Assembly (NCBI GenBank): GCA_021775805.1
Contig: JAJFHD010000149.1
Location: 4,421 to 68,420 of the forward strand
Origin: Alphaproteobacteria bacterium
GTDB lineage: Bacteria; Pseudomonadota; Alphaproteobacteria; Rhizobiales; JAJFHC01
DNA length: 64,000 nucleotides
Direction of reading: 5' to 3'
The stretch's first letter is position 1, and every line of letters starts with the position of its first letter. This document shows, one piece after another, positions 9,887-22,251 of the stretch. The translations under genes were made by a program, and so were the position numbers. The notes below the pieces were generated by a model. That model did not search any database. It was not told where the DNA came from and saw only the letters and a program-made list of their open reading frames with translations.

Positions 9887-11047
9887 TTAGGCGTCGTGGA
9901 CGTAGTATTTGCCCATCGTGCCTGCCGCCTCGGCGAGCTTGTTGAAGGCTTCCATCGAGCCGGCCAGCTCTTTCTTGAAGCCGTCCCATTCAGCACGCTG
10001 GTAGCCACCGGCTTCCTGCCAAACGGCCAGTTCGTCCTTGCTCAGCGAGTGAAACTGGACACCTGCTTTGGTCAGTTCGGACATGGCGTATCCGCGGGCG
10101 GCAGGAACCTTGGCCAGGTTCTGGTGAGCGGTGACTTCCGAAGCGAAATCGATGCCGTCCTGAACGTCCTTCGGCAGTCCCTGGAACCATTCGAGGTTAC
10201 AGGAATAGACCTGGCTGTCGGGCACGGCTTGAGTGAAAGTCACATGGCTCAGGATATCCTTGAAACCGAACACGAACAGGGCGCCCACAGCCGGGTCAAG
10301 CGCATCGGCCACACCCTGCTTGATCGCCGATGGTGTTTCACCCCAGGCGACCGGTGTCGGGTTTGCGCCGACCATCCGGTAGTACTGTTGCAGCATCTTG
10401 GAGCCAGGCACACGGAATTTGATGCCCTTGAGGTCCGATGGTTTCATGATGGCGCCAGCACCGCCTTTGCGAACCGCGATGACGCGGGGATCGATCACCA
10501 CATAGAACAGCGGCTTGAAACCCTTGGCGTTGACTTTTGAATGGACTTCCGATTTCCAGGCATCCGAATTGACAAGATTGACGAACCGCTGATTCGACCC
10601 ACAGAAATAAGGCAGATTGATCAGATCGGTTACCGGGGCAAATGGTGCGAAGTTTGAAATCGAATGCTGAGCGGCCTGGATCGTACCGGTTTGCACTTTC
10701 TGAGCCAATGCGCCACCGGCTCCAAGCTGTCCACCGGGCGCCAGCTTGACGTACACTTTGCCGTTGGTGGCGTTCTGGATGTTTTCCTTGAGGTCCAGCT
10801 GAAGAATCGGATAGCTGCGCGATGCGCCGTAAACATAGGCCGTCGCTATCGTCATGACGTGATCGGCGGCCTTCTTGCGTTCGTTCTCTTCCTTCGCAGT
10901 CTGGGCGATTGCCTCGTCTGAACCCAGCGTCCCGGCCGCGGCAGCGACAACCGCTGCAGTGAATCCACCATATGCGGCGGTTTTCAAAAATTGGCGTCTC
11001 TCGTAACTCTTGATTTCCTTGATATCCTTAATCGAATTCATCTTCAT
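9887..11047 (-). CDS. dctP: TRAP transporter substrate-binding protein with twin-arginine-like signal
   Basis: 386 aa; ERRQFLKTAAYGG signal followed by a DctP-type periplasmic domain. Confidence 0.9.
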   Translation of the reverse strand: MKMNSIKDIKEIKSYERRQFLKTAAYGGFTAAVVAAAAGTLGSDEAIAQTAKEENERKKAADHVMTIATAYVYGASRSYPILQLDLKENIQNATNGKVYVKLAPGGQLGAGGALAQKVQTGTIQAAQHSISNFAPFAPVTDLINLPYFCGSNQRFVNLVNSDAWKSEVHSKVNAKGFKPLFYVVIDPRVIAVRKGGAGAIMKPSDLKGIKFRVPGSKMLQQYYRMVGANPTPVAWGETPSAIKQGVADALDPAVGALFVFGFKDILSHVTFTQAVPDSQVYSCNLEWFQGLPKDVQDGIDFASEVTAHQNLAKVPAARGYAMSELTKAGVQFHSLSKDELAVWQEAGGYQRAEWDGFKKELAGSMEAFNKLAEAAGTMGKYYVHDA

Positions 11048-11091
11048 TTATCCTCCCAGATAAAGCTTGTTTCCCGTGCCCTGACAGGGCT

Positions 11092-11310
11092 TCACGTGTC
11101 GTTTGTTGTGCTGATTGATGATCTGCGGGCTTCCAACTCGAACCGCAGCACCGCCACTGCAAACAGAATTGAGGATGCAAGCAGCATCACCATTTCCTGG
11201 ACATCTCCGAGTGGAGGTTTCCCGCTAGCCGCACCCATCGCCACATTCGAGAAGAACGCGACAAACAGCACACCGGCCGCCAGCAGTGCCAATCGGCCCA
11301 TATTCTTCAT
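11092..11310 (-). CDS. small two-helix membrane protein, first gene of the TRAP operon
   Basis: 72 aa; two hydrophobic segments; 44 nt upstream of dctP on the same strand. Confidence 0.5.
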   Translation of the reverse strand: MKNMGRLALLAAGVLFVAFFSNVAMGAASGKPPLGDVQEMVMLLASSILFAVAVLRFELEARRSSISTTNDT

Positions 11311-11346
11311 TGAGATGTCTCCCTCTTGTTCTCATGAACATTGGAG

Positions 11347-11382
11347 TGTAAGCGCTTACATAAAGAAATGCAAGCGCTTACA
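11347..11382. promoter_or_regulatory. tandem LacI/GalR-type palindromic operators
   Basis: TGTAAGCGCTTACA (11347-11360, perfect 14-bp palindrome) and TGCAAGCGCTTACA (11369-11382); centres 22 bp apart; 37-72 bp upstream of the first TRAP operon gene. Confidence 0.5.
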
Positions 11383-11496
11383 TTTTGGTTTGTTTTTGTA
11401 TGCCGGTTCGAACAGTGCAGAACTCAACGCTGTCTTGCCGTCAAGCCACACCCGACACTCTCACTCAGCCGGGAGACGCTGTTGCAGAGAATTCTT

Positions 11497-12882
11497 TCAG
11501 GGAAGTGTCCAGACGGTGATCGGTTGATCGACGCCGCGGATCGTCTGGTGTGAAACTTGCGTCCAGGACGCCATGTCGTCATCGGCACCCTCTGCAGTCA
11601 TTCGTTCCATGACCGCCGCGCTCGCGACCATCGTCACGCCAAGCTCCCGGGTCATGGCCTCGAGTCTGCTGGCAACATTGACGGTATTCCCGATTACGGC
11701 GAACTCAAGCCGGTTGGCGCCGATGTCGCCCAGGACCACTGGACCGAAGTGCAGACCAAAACTTGCCTGAATCACCGGATCGCCGGCGGCTTCGCGTTCG
11801 CCATTCCAGGAATCGACGGAAACCTGCATGGCCCTGGCGCATGCCATGGCGTTACGGGTGTCGGTTGCGCTCGGCGAGGGTGTGCCGAAGGTCGCCATCA
11901 GACCGTCGCCAAGATATTTGTCGAGGGTGCCGTTGTGGCGAAAAACCTCGGTTTCCATGCGCGCGTGGAAAGACCGCAACGTGGTGATGACCTCTTCCGG
12001 TGTCCGGTCCGATGCGAATGCCGTAAAACCAACCAGGTCAACGAACAGAACCGCAATGTCCTGATTCCGGATCTTCTTGAGGGGCTCATCGTTGTGGGAG
12101 AGTTCCTCTACGACATTTGGCGAGAAGTACCGCGCGAGATTTGCCCTCTCCCTCTCCAGAGCAGCATGACCGACCAGCAGTTTGTTTGCCCGCCGGACAA
12201 CTTGTGAAAGCATGACTGCAACAATCAGGAAGACGACTATTTCCTGTACCCGAACCTCGATCTGTAGGCTGTTTGGGTCGAGAATCGCAGCCATCCGGTC
12301 ATTGCCGCCAAAGAGCGCCAACAATTCAGCCGAGTAGTCATGGCCCGGACCGGAAAAGTACCACACCAGCAAAATGCCCGTTACCCACAATCCCGATGTC
12401 CAGGTGCCGACCGCCACCACCGTGCGCCAGGAGTAGGCCAGTGTGGCGCCTGCGAGCAGAACGTAGAAATACATGAAATTGTCGAACCGGAACTGCATTG
12501 CCGGCGGCCAGTCGACGGCCGCAAACGGATTTGGAGCAACCGCAACCACGGTCAGCAGAGCAAGATCACAGAACATCAGCACCAACTCTGCGCGCGACTG
12601 GCCGACCCGCCCGATCTTTCGTTGCGCCAGACCGATCAGGGCGAACCCGCAGAGCATGACCTCATAGTAGATCACTTCCCATGTCGGATTGAGGAAAGGA
12701 ATCAGGAGGGCGATGACCGAAAGCGCGATCAGGCGGGCTTTCACGGCAACGTCGAGGCTTTCGCGCTTGTCGCGTTCCAGGGCCAGTTCGGCCCGGCTCC
12801 GGAGAGACTCGGTGGGAGTGCCGTCACCTGCCTCCCTTCCTCCCAGAGGCAGCGACTGTACAGAATCAACCGTGGAATTCAT
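11497..12882 (-). CDS. membrane-anchored class III adenylate/guanylate cyclase
   Basis: About six N-terminal TM helices, then a cyclase domain (IAVLFVDLVGFTAFAS, GDGLMATFG, GNTVNVASRLE); ATG at 12882 chosen. Confidence 0.85.
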   Translation of the reverse strand: MNSTVDSVQSLPLGGREAGDGTPTESLRSRAELALERDKRESLDVAVKARLIALSVIALLIPFLNPTWEVIYYEVMLCGFALIGLAQRKIGRVGQSRAELVLMFCDLALLTVVAVAPNPFAAVDWPPAMQFRFDNFMYFYVLLAGATLAYSWRTVVAVGTWTSGLWVTGILLVWYFSGPGHDYSAELLALFGGNDRMAAILDPNSLQIEVRVQEIVVFLIVAVMLSQVVRRANKLLVGHAALERERANLARYFSPNVVEELSHNDEPLKKIRNQDIAVLFVDLVGFTAFASDRTPEEVITTLRSFHARMETEVFRHNGTLDKYLGDGLMATFGTPSPSATDTRNAMACARAMQVSVDSWNGEREAAGDPVIQASFGLHFGPVVLGDIGANRLEFAVIGNTVNVASRLEAMTRELGVTMVASAAVMERMTAEGADDDMASWTQVSHQTIRGVDQPITVWTLP

Positions 12883-12984
12883 TGCCTGCAATCCTTCAAT
12901 GCGCCGTGGTCCGGCCAACTGTGAATTGCCCCCTTATAGCAAACACGGTTACCTTTGGCGGGAACCATGATGTTCGGGAGTACC

Positions 12985-13317
12985 ATGGCCGAGCGATACG
13001 AGACATATGCAGACTTCTGGCCTCACTACCTGCGCGAGCATGCAAGACCGCAAACGCGCCTGCTCCATTTCGCGGGAACCGCACTGGCCATCGTGCTGCT
13101 CGTCGTGAGCATCGCAAGTCAGGATCCGTGGTTCCTCGCAGCAGCCGTAGTCTCGGGCTACGGTTTCGCGTGGGTTGCCCACTGGCGGGTCGAGCGCAAC
13201 CGCCCGGCGACATTCACATACCCGGTCTGGTCGCTCTACAGCGACTTCCGCATGTTCGGGCTGTGGCTCACCGGACGGCTTGCCAAGGAACTGGAAAAGG
13301 CCGGCGTCAGGAAGTGA
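12985..13317 (+). CDS. DUF962 (Mpo1-like) membrane protein
   Basis: [25 protein letters not shown] motif; GGGAG upstream of the ATG at 12985; 3' end overlaps leuB convergently by 11 nt. Confidence 0.7.
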   Translation: MAERYETYADFWPHYLREHARPQTRLLHFAGTALAIVLLVVSIASQDPWFLAAAVVSGYGFAWVAHWRVERNRPATFTYPVWSLYSDFRMFGLWLTGRLAKELEKAGVRK

Positions 13318-14416
13318 GGGCGTCGAGCTCGCTCAGGATGGCATCGCCCATTTCAGTGGTCGATACAGCCGTCATGCCGTCCTGCATGATGTCGGCTGTG
13401 CGCTTGCCGCTGGTCAGGACATTCTCGATCGCCTGGTCGATCATGTCGGCTTGCGCGCCCATGTCGAAGGAATAACGCAGGGCCATGCCGAAACTCAGGA
13501 TCGTGGCGATCGGATTGGCAAGACCCTGTCCGGCAATGTCGGGGGCTGACCCGTGGACCGGTTCGTAAAGCGCTTTTCGCTTGCCATCCCTGTCCGCCTC
13601 GCCGAGGGAGGCTGACGGCAGCATGCCGAGCGAACCGGTCAGCATCGCCGCCACATCCGACAGCATGTCGCCGAACAGGTTGTCGGTCACCAGAACATCG
13701 AATTGCTTCGGCGTACGTACAAGCTGCATGCCGCAGTTGTCCGCCAGCATGTGATCGAGCGTGACATCCGAGTAATCCCGGGAATGAAGCGCCGTAACGT
13801 CCTCGTTCCATAACAGGCCCGATTCCATGACGTTGCGTTTCTCGACGGATGTCACCCGGTTGCCGCGCTTGCGCGCCAGATCGAAGGCCACGCGGGCCAC
13901 CCGCTCGATCTCGAAGGTGTCGTAAACCTGCGTGTTCACACCCCGGCGCTGGCCGTTGCCCAGGTCGGTGATGCCACGCGGCTCACCGAAATAGACGCCA
14001 CCGGTCAACTCGCGCACGATCATGATGTCGAGTCCTTCGACCAGTTCGCGCTTGAGCGATGAAGCGTCCGCCAAAGCATCGAAACAGACAGCCGGGCGCA
14101 GATTTGCAAACAGCTGCAGATCCTTGCGCAAGCGCAGAAGACCGGCTTCAGGGCGCACGTCATAACCGATCCCGTCCCACTTGGGACCGCCGACAGCACC
14201 CAGAATGACCGCATCCGCGGCCAGCGCCTTGTCAATCGTTGCATCGGAAATCGCCTGCCCATGGGCATCATAAGCGCAACCGCCAACCAGATCGGTTTCG
14301 GTCGTGAACGTGTTGCCGCCCTGCTTGTTGAGCCACGCAATAATCCGCTCGACCTGGCCCATCACTTCAGGACCGATGCCGTCCCCGGGAAGCAGAAGAA
14401 GATTGTATTGCGCCAT
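13307..14416 (-). CDS. leuB: 3-isopropylmalate dehydrogenase
   Basis: 369 aa; [12 protein letters not shown]-terminus and NLFGDMLSD motif. Confidence 0.95.
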   Translation of the reverse strand: MAQYNLLLLPGDGIGPEVMGQVERIIAWLNKQGGNTFTTETDLVGGCAYDAHGQAISDATIDKALAADAVILGAVGGPKWDGIGYDVRPEAGLLRLRKDLQLFANLRPAVCFDALADASSLKRELVEGLDIMIVRELTGGVYFGEPRGITDLGNGQRRGVNTQVYDTFEIERVARVAFDLARKRGNRVTSVEKRNVMESGLLWNEDVTALHSRDYSDVTLDHMLADNCGMQLVRTPKQFDVLVTDNLFGDMLSDVAAMLTGSLGMLPSASLGEADRDGKRKALYEPVHGSAPDIAGQGLANPIATILSFGMALRYSFDMGAQADMIDQAIENVLTSGKRTADIMQDGMTAVSTTEMGDAILSELDALTS

Positions 14417-14510
14417 GGACTCGCTCTTTCAGAATCTTGGGTGAATTAAGGTTTGTTTGTCACAGTTCCGGCAGGATGCATAAAGGGCGAACCAAAGGAA
14501 CGCAAGACCG

Positions 14511-15518
14511 ATGATCACGAAGCCGTTGTCCGCACTCTTTGTTAGCCTGATTGTTTCCTCTGCGATCCTTCCTGCATCAGCCCAAGGTCTCGAACTATCC
14601 CTCCCTATAAACTGCCAGATTGGCCCCCGCTGCTTCATCCAGCAGTATGTCGATACCGGCGCTGGTAAGGGCTCGCACGATTACACCTGCGGCGGGCAAA
14701 GTTATGACGGCCACAATGGCACGGATCTTCGGGTCCGGTTCTCGGAACTCAAGGCGCCCGGCATTGCCGTGTTGTCCGCCGCCGCCGGCATGGTCAGAAG
14801 CGCCCGCGACGGTCTGCCCGACCGCCTGTTACGCAGCAAGAAAGACCGGTCACGCGTGCAGAACCGCGAATGCGGCAACGGTGTCGTGATCGACCACGGC
14901 GCAGGCTGGCAGACGCAGTATTGTCATATGCGCCGGAACAGCCTCAAGGTCCGGCCCGGCGAATGGGTCCGGCAGGGCCAGAACCTTGGCCTTGTGGGGT
15001 ATTCGGGTCTGGCGCAGTTCGCTCATTTGCACCTTGCCGTGCGCCATGACGGCAAGGTGATAGACCCCTTTACCGGCAAGACGCCTGTTGCTGGAGCCTG
15101 TCGCACCGGTGGCGGAAAACCGCTCTGGGATGCGACAACCGCGCAGGCGCTGGCATACAGACCCGGAAACATCGTCGACGTGGGGTTTGCGGAAAAACAG
15201 GTTTCCCGGTCAATGGCAGAGTCCGGTCATGCAGTCGGGCCCGGTGACGTGGCCGCGATGCGGTCCATGGTCGCCTGGATATGGGCGGTCAACCTTCAGG
15301 CGGGCGACCGCCTCGAAGTATCGTTTAAAGGGCCGGACGATCGTCTTGCCGTTAGACATGAGGCAACCCTGAATCGTATCAAGGCCGAGTACGTACTCTC
15401 AACGGGCAGGAAAAGGCCGCCGTCAGGCTGGCCACCCGGACGCTATGTCGCCGAAGGCAAGATTGTCCGTAAGGGAAAAACAGTCCTCACGGAGTCAAGA
15501 ACCCTGGTCGTGCCCTAA
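14511..15518 (+). CDS. M23-family metallopeptidase, secreted
   Basis: Signal peptide; HNGTDLR and GLAQFAHLHLAVRHDGKVIDPF (HxH) motifs. Confidence 0.85.
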   Translation: MITKPLSALFVSLIVSSAILPASAQGLELSLPINCQIGPRCFIQQYVDTGAGKGSHDYTCGGQSYDGHNGTDLRVRFSELKAPGIAVLSAAAGMVRSARDGLPDRLLRSKKDRSRVQNRECGNGVVIDHGAGWQTQYCHMRRNSLKVRPGEWVRQGQNLGLVGYSGLAQFAHLHLAVRHDGKVIDPFTGKTPVAGACRTGGGKPLWDATTAQALAYRPGNIVDVGFAEKQVSRSMAESGHAVGPGDVAAMRSMVAWIWAVNLQAGDRLEVSFKGPDDRLAVRHEATLNRIKAEYVLSTGRKRPPSGWPPGRYVAEGKIVRKGKTVLTESRTLVVP

Positions 15519-15593
15519 TGCGTTTCGCAGACCTTGTGATTCACGCGCCCTCAATCATCGAAAACTATTAGATGAGCCACCAACAAGCCCGTT

Positions 15594-15674
15594 CCCCGGC
15601 CATTTGAGCCGGGGTCCAATCGCGGTTGCTGCAGGCCGTTGCATAAGCGAATAGGTCCCGGCTCAAGGCCGGGA
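15594..15674. repeat. two GC-rich palindromic hairpins (CCCGGC...GCCGGG type)
   Basis: CCCCGGCcatttgaGCCGGGG (15594-15614) and TCCCGGCtcaagGCCGGGA (15656-15674) between convergent genes; the first shares a 14-mer with the 45254 hairpin. Confidence 0.4.
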
Positions 15675-15794
15675 AACGGACAGTAGTAGTTGGGAGTGTC
15701 TCACTCAGTATTGGCGCAAGACGAGAGTCGAAGGGCCGCCCGCCGCAAAAGGCTGTCAGGAATCGCGCCTGCTAAACACCGCTTGCCTTGACAT

Positions 15795-16400
15795 TCACTG
15801 CCAGGAATGATTGTCCGCCTGCCGTGCCTCGTAGCTATCGATCGCGTCCGCCTTCTGCATGGTAAGGCCGATATCGTCGAGACCCTCCAGGAGGCAGTGC
15901 TTGCGGAACGGATCGATGTCGAAACTGATCGTACCGCCATCGGGGCCCTTGATTTCCTGGGTCTCCAGGTCAACCGTCACCATGGCGTTGGCACCACGGT
16001 TGGCATCGTCCATGAGTTTTTCCACGTCTTCTGGCGGCAGGACGATCGGCAGGATCCCGTTCTTGAAGCAGTTGTTGTAGAAAATGTCGGCAAAGCTCGT
16101 CGCAATCACGCAGCGGATACCAAAATCGAGCAACGCCCACGGCGCGTGTTCCCGGCTCGAGCCACAGCCGAAATTGTCTCCCGCCACCAGGATCTGCGCG
16201 TTGCGGTAGGCAGGCTTGTTGAGCACGAAGTCGGGTTTTTCGTCGCCATCGGGCGTGAACCGCATCTCGTCGAACAGGTTCTGGCCAAGACCGGTGCGCT
16301 TGATGGTCTTGAGAAACTGCTTGGGGATGATCATGTCGGTGTCCACATTGATCATCGGCAGGGGAGCCGCAACGCCTGTCAGGCTGGTGAACTTGTCCAT
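15795..16400 (-). CDS. leuD: 3-isopropylmalate dehydratase small subunit
   Basis: 201 aa; [17 protein letters not shown] motif. Confidence 0.95.
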   Translation of the reverse strand: MDKFTSLTGVAAPLPMINVDTDMIIPKQFLKTIKRTGLGQNLFDEMRFTPDGDEKPDFVLNKPAYRNAQILVAGDNFGCGSSREHAPWALLDFGIRCVIATSFADIFYNNCFKNGILPIVLPPEDVEKLMDDANRGANAMVTVDLETQEIKGPDGGTISFDIDPFRKHCLLEGLDDIGLTMQKADAIDSYEARQADNHSWQ

Positions 16401-16411
16401 GGGTTTGCCCT

Positions 16412-17827
16412 CTAGTTCTGTTTCATCTCACGCACATCGACAAACCGGCCGGCGATTGCAGCACCCGCCGCCATGGCCGGGCTGACCAGATGCGTCCGCC
16501 CACCACGTCCCTGGCGGCCTTCGAAGTTGCGGTTTGATGTCGAGGCACAGCGTTCCTTGTCTTCCAGCTTGTCGGCATTCATGGCCAGACACATGGAACA
16601 CCCAGGCTCACGCCAGTCGAAACCGGCTTCGATCAGGACCTTGTCGATGCCCTCTGATTCGGCTTGTTCCTTGACGATGCCGGATCCCGGCACCACCATG
16701 GCATTGACGCTTTCGGCAACCCGCCGCCCCTGCACCACGGCCGCTACAGCCCGCAGATCCTCGATCCGCCCGTTGGTGCACGAACCTATGAAAACCCGGT
16801 CGACCGCCACGTCCGTGATCGGGGTCCCGGCTGTCAGGCCCATATAGGCCAGGGAACGTTCCATGGCCGCGCGCTTGCCTTCATCGGCAGCATCGGCCGG
16901 ATTTGGCACCCGACCGCCGATCGTGATCACGTCTTCGGGGCTTGTGCCCCAGGTGACCACCGGCGGCAGATCGGAGGCGTCGAGAACGACTTCCTTGTCG
17001 AACATGGCCGCATCGTCGGACCTGAGCGTTTCCCAGTAGGCCCGGGCCCGATCCCAGTCCGCGCCCTTGGGCGCCATCGGCGTGTCCTTGAGATAGGCAA
17101 ACGTCTTTTCGTCGGGAGCGATCAGTCCAGCACGGGCGCCGCCTTCGATCGACATGTTGCACACCGTCATCCGGCCTTCCATCGAAAGCGCAGCGATGGC
17201 CTCGCCGGCATATTCCATCACATGGCCGGTGCCGCCGGCCGTGCCGATCTCGCCGATGATCGCCAGAATGATGTCCTTGGCGGTGACACCGTCGGTCAGC
17301 GCACCGTTGACGGAGATCCGCATGTTCTTTGCCTTGCGCTGGATCAGCGTCTGGGTCGCGAGCACATGCTCGACTTCCGAGGTGCCGATCCCGTGGGCGA
17401 GAGCACCGAAAGCGCCATGGGTAGAGGTGTGGCTGTCGCCGCACACGATCGTCGTGCCCGGCAGGGTGAACCCCTGCTCCGGCCCGATGATGTGAACGAT
17501 ACCCTGGCGCCGGTCGGAGGTTTCGAAATAGGGCACGCCGAAATCGCGGCAGTTCTGCTCCAGGGTTTCGACCTGCAGCCTGGACTCCGGATCGTCGATG
17601 CCCATGGCCCGGTTCGTGGTCGGAACGTTGTGATCGGCAACCGCCATGATCTTGGCCGGCGCGCGCACCGTCCGGCCCGTCATACGCAGCCCCTCAAAGG
17701 CCTGGGGGCTTGTCACCTCATGGACAAGATGCCGGTCGATGTAGAGAAGACAGGTGCCGTCCTCTTGTGTGTCGACCACATGGTCATCCCAAATCTTGTC
17801 ATAAAGCGTCGTAGGACTCGACATCAA
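16412..17827 (-). CDS. leuC: 3-isopropylmalate dehydratase large subunit
   Basis: 471 aa aconitase-family protein; [10 protein letters not shown]-terminus and Fe-S cysteines ([15 protein letters not shown]). Confidence 0.95.
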   Translation of the reverse strand: MMSSPTTLYDKIWDDHVVDTQEDGTCLLYIDRHLVHEVTSPQAFEGLRMTGRTVRAPAKIMAVADHNVPTTNRAMGIDDPESRLQVETLEQNCRDFGVPYFETSDRRQGIVHIIGPEQGFTLPGTTIVCGDSHTSTHGAFGALAHGIGTSEVEHVLATQTLIQRKAKNMRISVNGALTDGVTAKDIILAIIGEIGTAGGTGHVMEYAGEAIAALSMEGRMTVCNMSIEGGARAGLIAPDEKTFAYLKDTPMAPKGADWDRARAYWETLRSDDAAMFDKEVVLDASDLPPVVTWGTSPEDVITIGGRVPNPADAADEGKRAAMERSLAYMGLTAGTPITDVAVDRVFIGSCTNGRIEDLRAVAAVVQGRRVAESVNAMVVPGSGIVKEQAESEGIDKVLIEAGFDWREPGCSMCLAMNADKLEDKERCASTSNRNFEGRQGRGGRTHLVSPAMAAGAAIAGRFVDVREMKQN

Positions 17828-17902
17828 GCGATCTCCCGCAATTCAATCAGGCTGTTATGCCGTCACACCAGTTCACACACCAACGGACGCAAGGCTTGAG
17901 CC

Positions 17903-18295
17903 TCAGGCTTTGACCTTGGCGTCCTTCTTTGGCCGGTGATCCTGCTTTTCCGCGATACGGGCCGACTTGCCGCGGCGCTCACGCAGGTAGTAAAGCTTGG
18001 CGCGGCGCACGCGGCCACGGCGCATGACCTTGATCGAGTCGATCGCCGGGCTGTAGATCGGGAACACCCGCTCGACGCCTTCGCCGTAGGATATCTTGCG
18101 CACCGTGAAGTTCTCGTTCAGGCCGGACCCCGCACGGGCGATGCAAACCCCCTCGTAGGTCTGGACCCGCTCGCGCTGTCCTTCCGTCACCTTGACGTTC
18201 ACCTGCAGGGTGTCGCCAGGTGCAAATGTCGGCACCGCACGCACTTCAGCAATCGCTGCTGCCTGCTCTTTTTCGATTTCTTCAATAATATTCAT
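17903..18295 (-). CDS. rplS: 50S ribosomal protein L19
   Basis: 130 aa; [18 protein letters not shown] and [17 protein letters not shown]. Confidence 0.97.
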   Translation of the reverse strand: MNIIEEIEKEQAAAIAEVRAVPTFAPGDTLQVNVKVTEGQRERVQTYEGVCIARAGSGLNENFTVRKISYGEGVERVFPIYSPAIDSIKVMRRGRVRRAKLYYLRERRGKSARIAEKQDHRPKKDAKVKA

Positions 18296-18375
18296 GGTCC
18301 TAGCCTTTCTTGAACCACACCCCGAAAGCCGGGGCCCTCAACCAAACTTCTAGGATCCGCACAACCGGATCCCGC

Positions 18376-19101
18376 TCAATCATTCTCGTCGGTGGAAGCT
18401 TGCCGTTTTTCATGGGCAGTCCACAGATCCGGTCTTCGCGACCGTGTAATCTCTTCGGCCTGTTCGTGCCGCCAGGCAGCGATTGCGCCGTGGTTGCCGG
18501 ACACCAGAACCGGCGGTATGTCGCGTCCCGCCCAGGTCTGGGGCCGTGTGTAGTGCGGATACTCCAGCAATCCGCTTTCAAAACTCTCCTCGTCTCCGGA
18601 TGTCTTCTTTCCCATCACACCCGGCAACAATCTCACAACCGCATCGATCAGAACCATGGCGGCGAGTTCTCCGCCCGAAAGCACATAGTCGCCGATACTC
18701 ACTTCCTCTATCGCCCGGGCCTCGATCACTCTTTGATCGACCCCTTCGAACCGGCCGCAAAGCAGAATTGCGCCAGGCGTTTCCGTCAACCCGCGCACCC
18801 GTTTCTGCGTCAACGGTCTGCCGCGCGGCGACAAATAGATTACCGGTCGACCATCCTGCCCCGCACCCGCCGCTTCAAGCGATGCATCGACAACATCGGC
18901 CCGCATGACCATTCCCGGACCGCCACCAGACGGTGTATCGTCAACCGAGCGGTGTTTATCGCGCGCAAAATCGCGAATGTCCACCGTTTCCAGAGACCAC
19001 GTGCCGGCATCCCGGGCTTTGCCGCAAAGACTGGCGCCCAGCGGGCCTGGAAACATGTCCGGCAGGATCGTCAATACCGACGCTTTCCATCCGGTCGTCA
19101 T
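18376..19101 (-). CDS. trmD: tRNA (guanine37-N1)-methyltransferase
   Basis: 241 aa; FPGPL and [27 protein letters not shown] motifs; 4-nt overlap with rimM. Confidence 0.95.
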   Translation of the reverse strand: MTTGWKASVLTILPDMFPGPLGASLCGKARDAGTWSLETVDIRDFARDKHRSVDDTPSGGGPGMVMRADVVDASLEAAGAGQDGRPVIYLSPRGRPLTQKRVRGLTETPGAILLCGRFEGVDQRVIEARAIEEVSIGDYVLSGGELAAMVLIDAVVRLLPGVMGKKTSGDEESFESGLLEYPHYTRPQTWAGRDIPPVLVSGNHGAIAAWRHEQAEEITRSRRPDLWTAHEKRQASTDEND

Positions 19102-19670
19102 CCCGAACCCTTATCGGAACCGGTTCCCGGCGCAGGGTCCTCTTCATCCTCCATTTCCGGCAATGGCTGGACCACCAGCCGCCCGCCGTCCAGATCGACC
19201 GAAGGGACGCATTCCCTGGTAAAGGGTACGAGTGTCGTGTCGCCACCTTCTGCGTTTTCGATCTCGACAATGTCGCCGGCTCCAAAATCGTGGATACTTG
19301 CGACCGTGCCCAACAACACGCCTTCGCGATCAAAGCACTCAAGGCCGATCAGGTCGGCATGATACCATTCTTCTTCTTCCGTCTCCGGCAGGACATCACG
19401 GTCTACATAGAGCCGCGTGCCTTTCAGTGCCTCGGCCTGATCGCGGCTGCCGACCCCCGACAACCGAGCCGTCACCTTGTCTCCCGACACCCGGACCGCC
19501 GTCACTTCGAACCGCCTGAGGCCGTCTTCAGTGACCACCGGACCATAGGAACCGATATCCTGCAGGTCTTGCGTAAACACCTTGAGACGGACATCTCCAC
19601 GAATCCCGTGAGCGCCTGAAACAGCCCCCAGGCACACCCTCTGTGATTCCTGCGGTCCTTCGGCGCTCAT
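19098..19670 (-). CDS. rimM: 16S rRNA processing protein RimM
   Basis: 190 aa; [15 protein letters not shown] motif; sits between rpsP and trmD. Confidence 0.9.
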   Translation of the reverse strand: MSAEGPQESQRVCLGAVSGAHGIRGDVRLKVFTQDLQDIGSYGPVVTEDGLRRFEVTAVRVSGDKVTARLSGVGSRDQAEALKGTRLYVDRDVLPETEEEEWYHADLIGLECFDREGVLLGTVASIHDFGAGDIVEIENAEGGDTTLVPFTRECVPSVDLDGGRLVVQPLPEMEDEEDPAPGTGSDKGSG

Positions 19671-19690
19671 CGGTCTGCCCTTCGCCGAAA

Positions 19691-20104
19691 TCAGGAAGCG
19701 TCGGCCGCAACCTCTTCGCCGCCTGCAGAGTCTGCGGCCGCGGCATCTGCAGCAGCGGTCTTGGCATCTTCTTCCGCCTGGGCGGCTTCGGCGAGACGTT
19801 CCTGGGCCTTCTTGCCCGGCAACGCCTTCTGCGGGTTGTTGCGTGCAGGGCGTGTCATGATGCCGGCGGCATCAAGAAAGCGCAGAACGCGGTCTGTCGG
19901 GCGTGCGCCATGACTCATCCAATGCTTGATGCGGTCCTCGTCGAGGGTCACCCGGTTGTCGGCGTCCTTCGGCAGCAGCGGGTTGAACGTGCCGAGCTTC
20001 TCGATAAAGCGGCCATCGCGCGGTGCCCGCGAATCTGCGACCACGATGCGATAGTAAGGCCGCTTTTTGGCGCCGCCCCGGGCCAGTCTGATCTTCAATG
20101 CCAT
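19691..20104 (-). CDS. rpsP: 30S ribosomal protein S16 with Ala/Glu-rich C-terminal tail
   Basis: 137 aa from the ATG at 20104 ([26 protein letters not shown]); the 92-codon upstream extension overlaps ffh and was rejected. Confidence 0.95.
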   Translation of the reverse strand: MALKIRLARGGAKKRPYYRIVVADSRAPRDGRFIEKLGTFNPLLPKDADNRVTLDEDRIKHWMSHGARPTDRVLRFLDAAGIMTRPARNNPQKALPGKKAQERLAEAAQAEEDAKTAAADAAAADSAGGEEVAADAS

Positions 20105-20186
20105 GTTAATGCGTTCTCCTGCTTGAATCTCTTGTGTTGTCCATGGGCCGGCATTCAATAGAAGGCCGGCAAATCTCTCAAATTCT

Positions 20187-21689
<1,503 letters not shown>

Positions 21690-22201
21690 GAAGCGTCAAA
21701 ATTCTCTCGAAAGGCCGACACCAACTCAGCTCAACGCCAAACGCACCCGCGGGCGAAACATCGCTGACGGGTGTGGACCCCCATGGCTCTCGGGCCTGGC
21801 GGCGGCAAGACGGTTGGCGTCTTTGCTGAATTGAGGGAGTAATAGGCAAAAACGGGGGCGGGTGTCAATACATGCTTCAACTCAATGATAATCTTACGAA
21901 TTTACGCAACCAAGAACGATACTGTCGACGATCCAATGCCGGACGGAAACGGACGACCGAAATCGATGTAAATTCCGCAATCCGGCCGCATAGATATATT
22001 TTTTTGGAGCAGCGGTATTGCGAGTCAGTTCAGAAATCTGACAATCGAATCATAGTGGAACCGATACACGACAGCGTTCAAATCAAATGGATTGCCCATG
22101 ACATACGTAATCATCATTCAAACTCAATAAAGATCCGCACAGCCATTCAATTGTTCGAAATTTTGTTAAAGAGGACAAATTTGGTATTTCAACCTACTCG
22201 T

Positions 22202-22241
22202 ATTGGCGTTAAAATTGCAAAATTTCACATTTTGCGCCAAT
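22202..22241 (+). promoter_or_regulatory. nested palindrome immediately upstream of the low-GC ORFan
   Basis: ATTGGCG...CGCCAAT outer arms enclose the perfect hairpin GCAAAAT-ttcac-ATTTTGC (22217-22235); ends 10 nt before the ATG at 22252. Confidence 0.3.
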
Positions 22242-22251
22242 GTAAAAAAAC

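Noticed and set aside
16664-17899. 411-aa ORF antisense to leuC. The same applies to 20565-21674 (ffh), 24621-25742 (dapF), 33619-34911 (acnA), 36197-37198 (AKR), 38823-39899 (antiporter), 48152-49027 (permease), 51237-52088 (AKR) and 61221-62210 (qor).
   Set aside because: All are antisense shadows of confidently identified genes, with low-complexity Arg/Gly/His-rich translations and no motifs.
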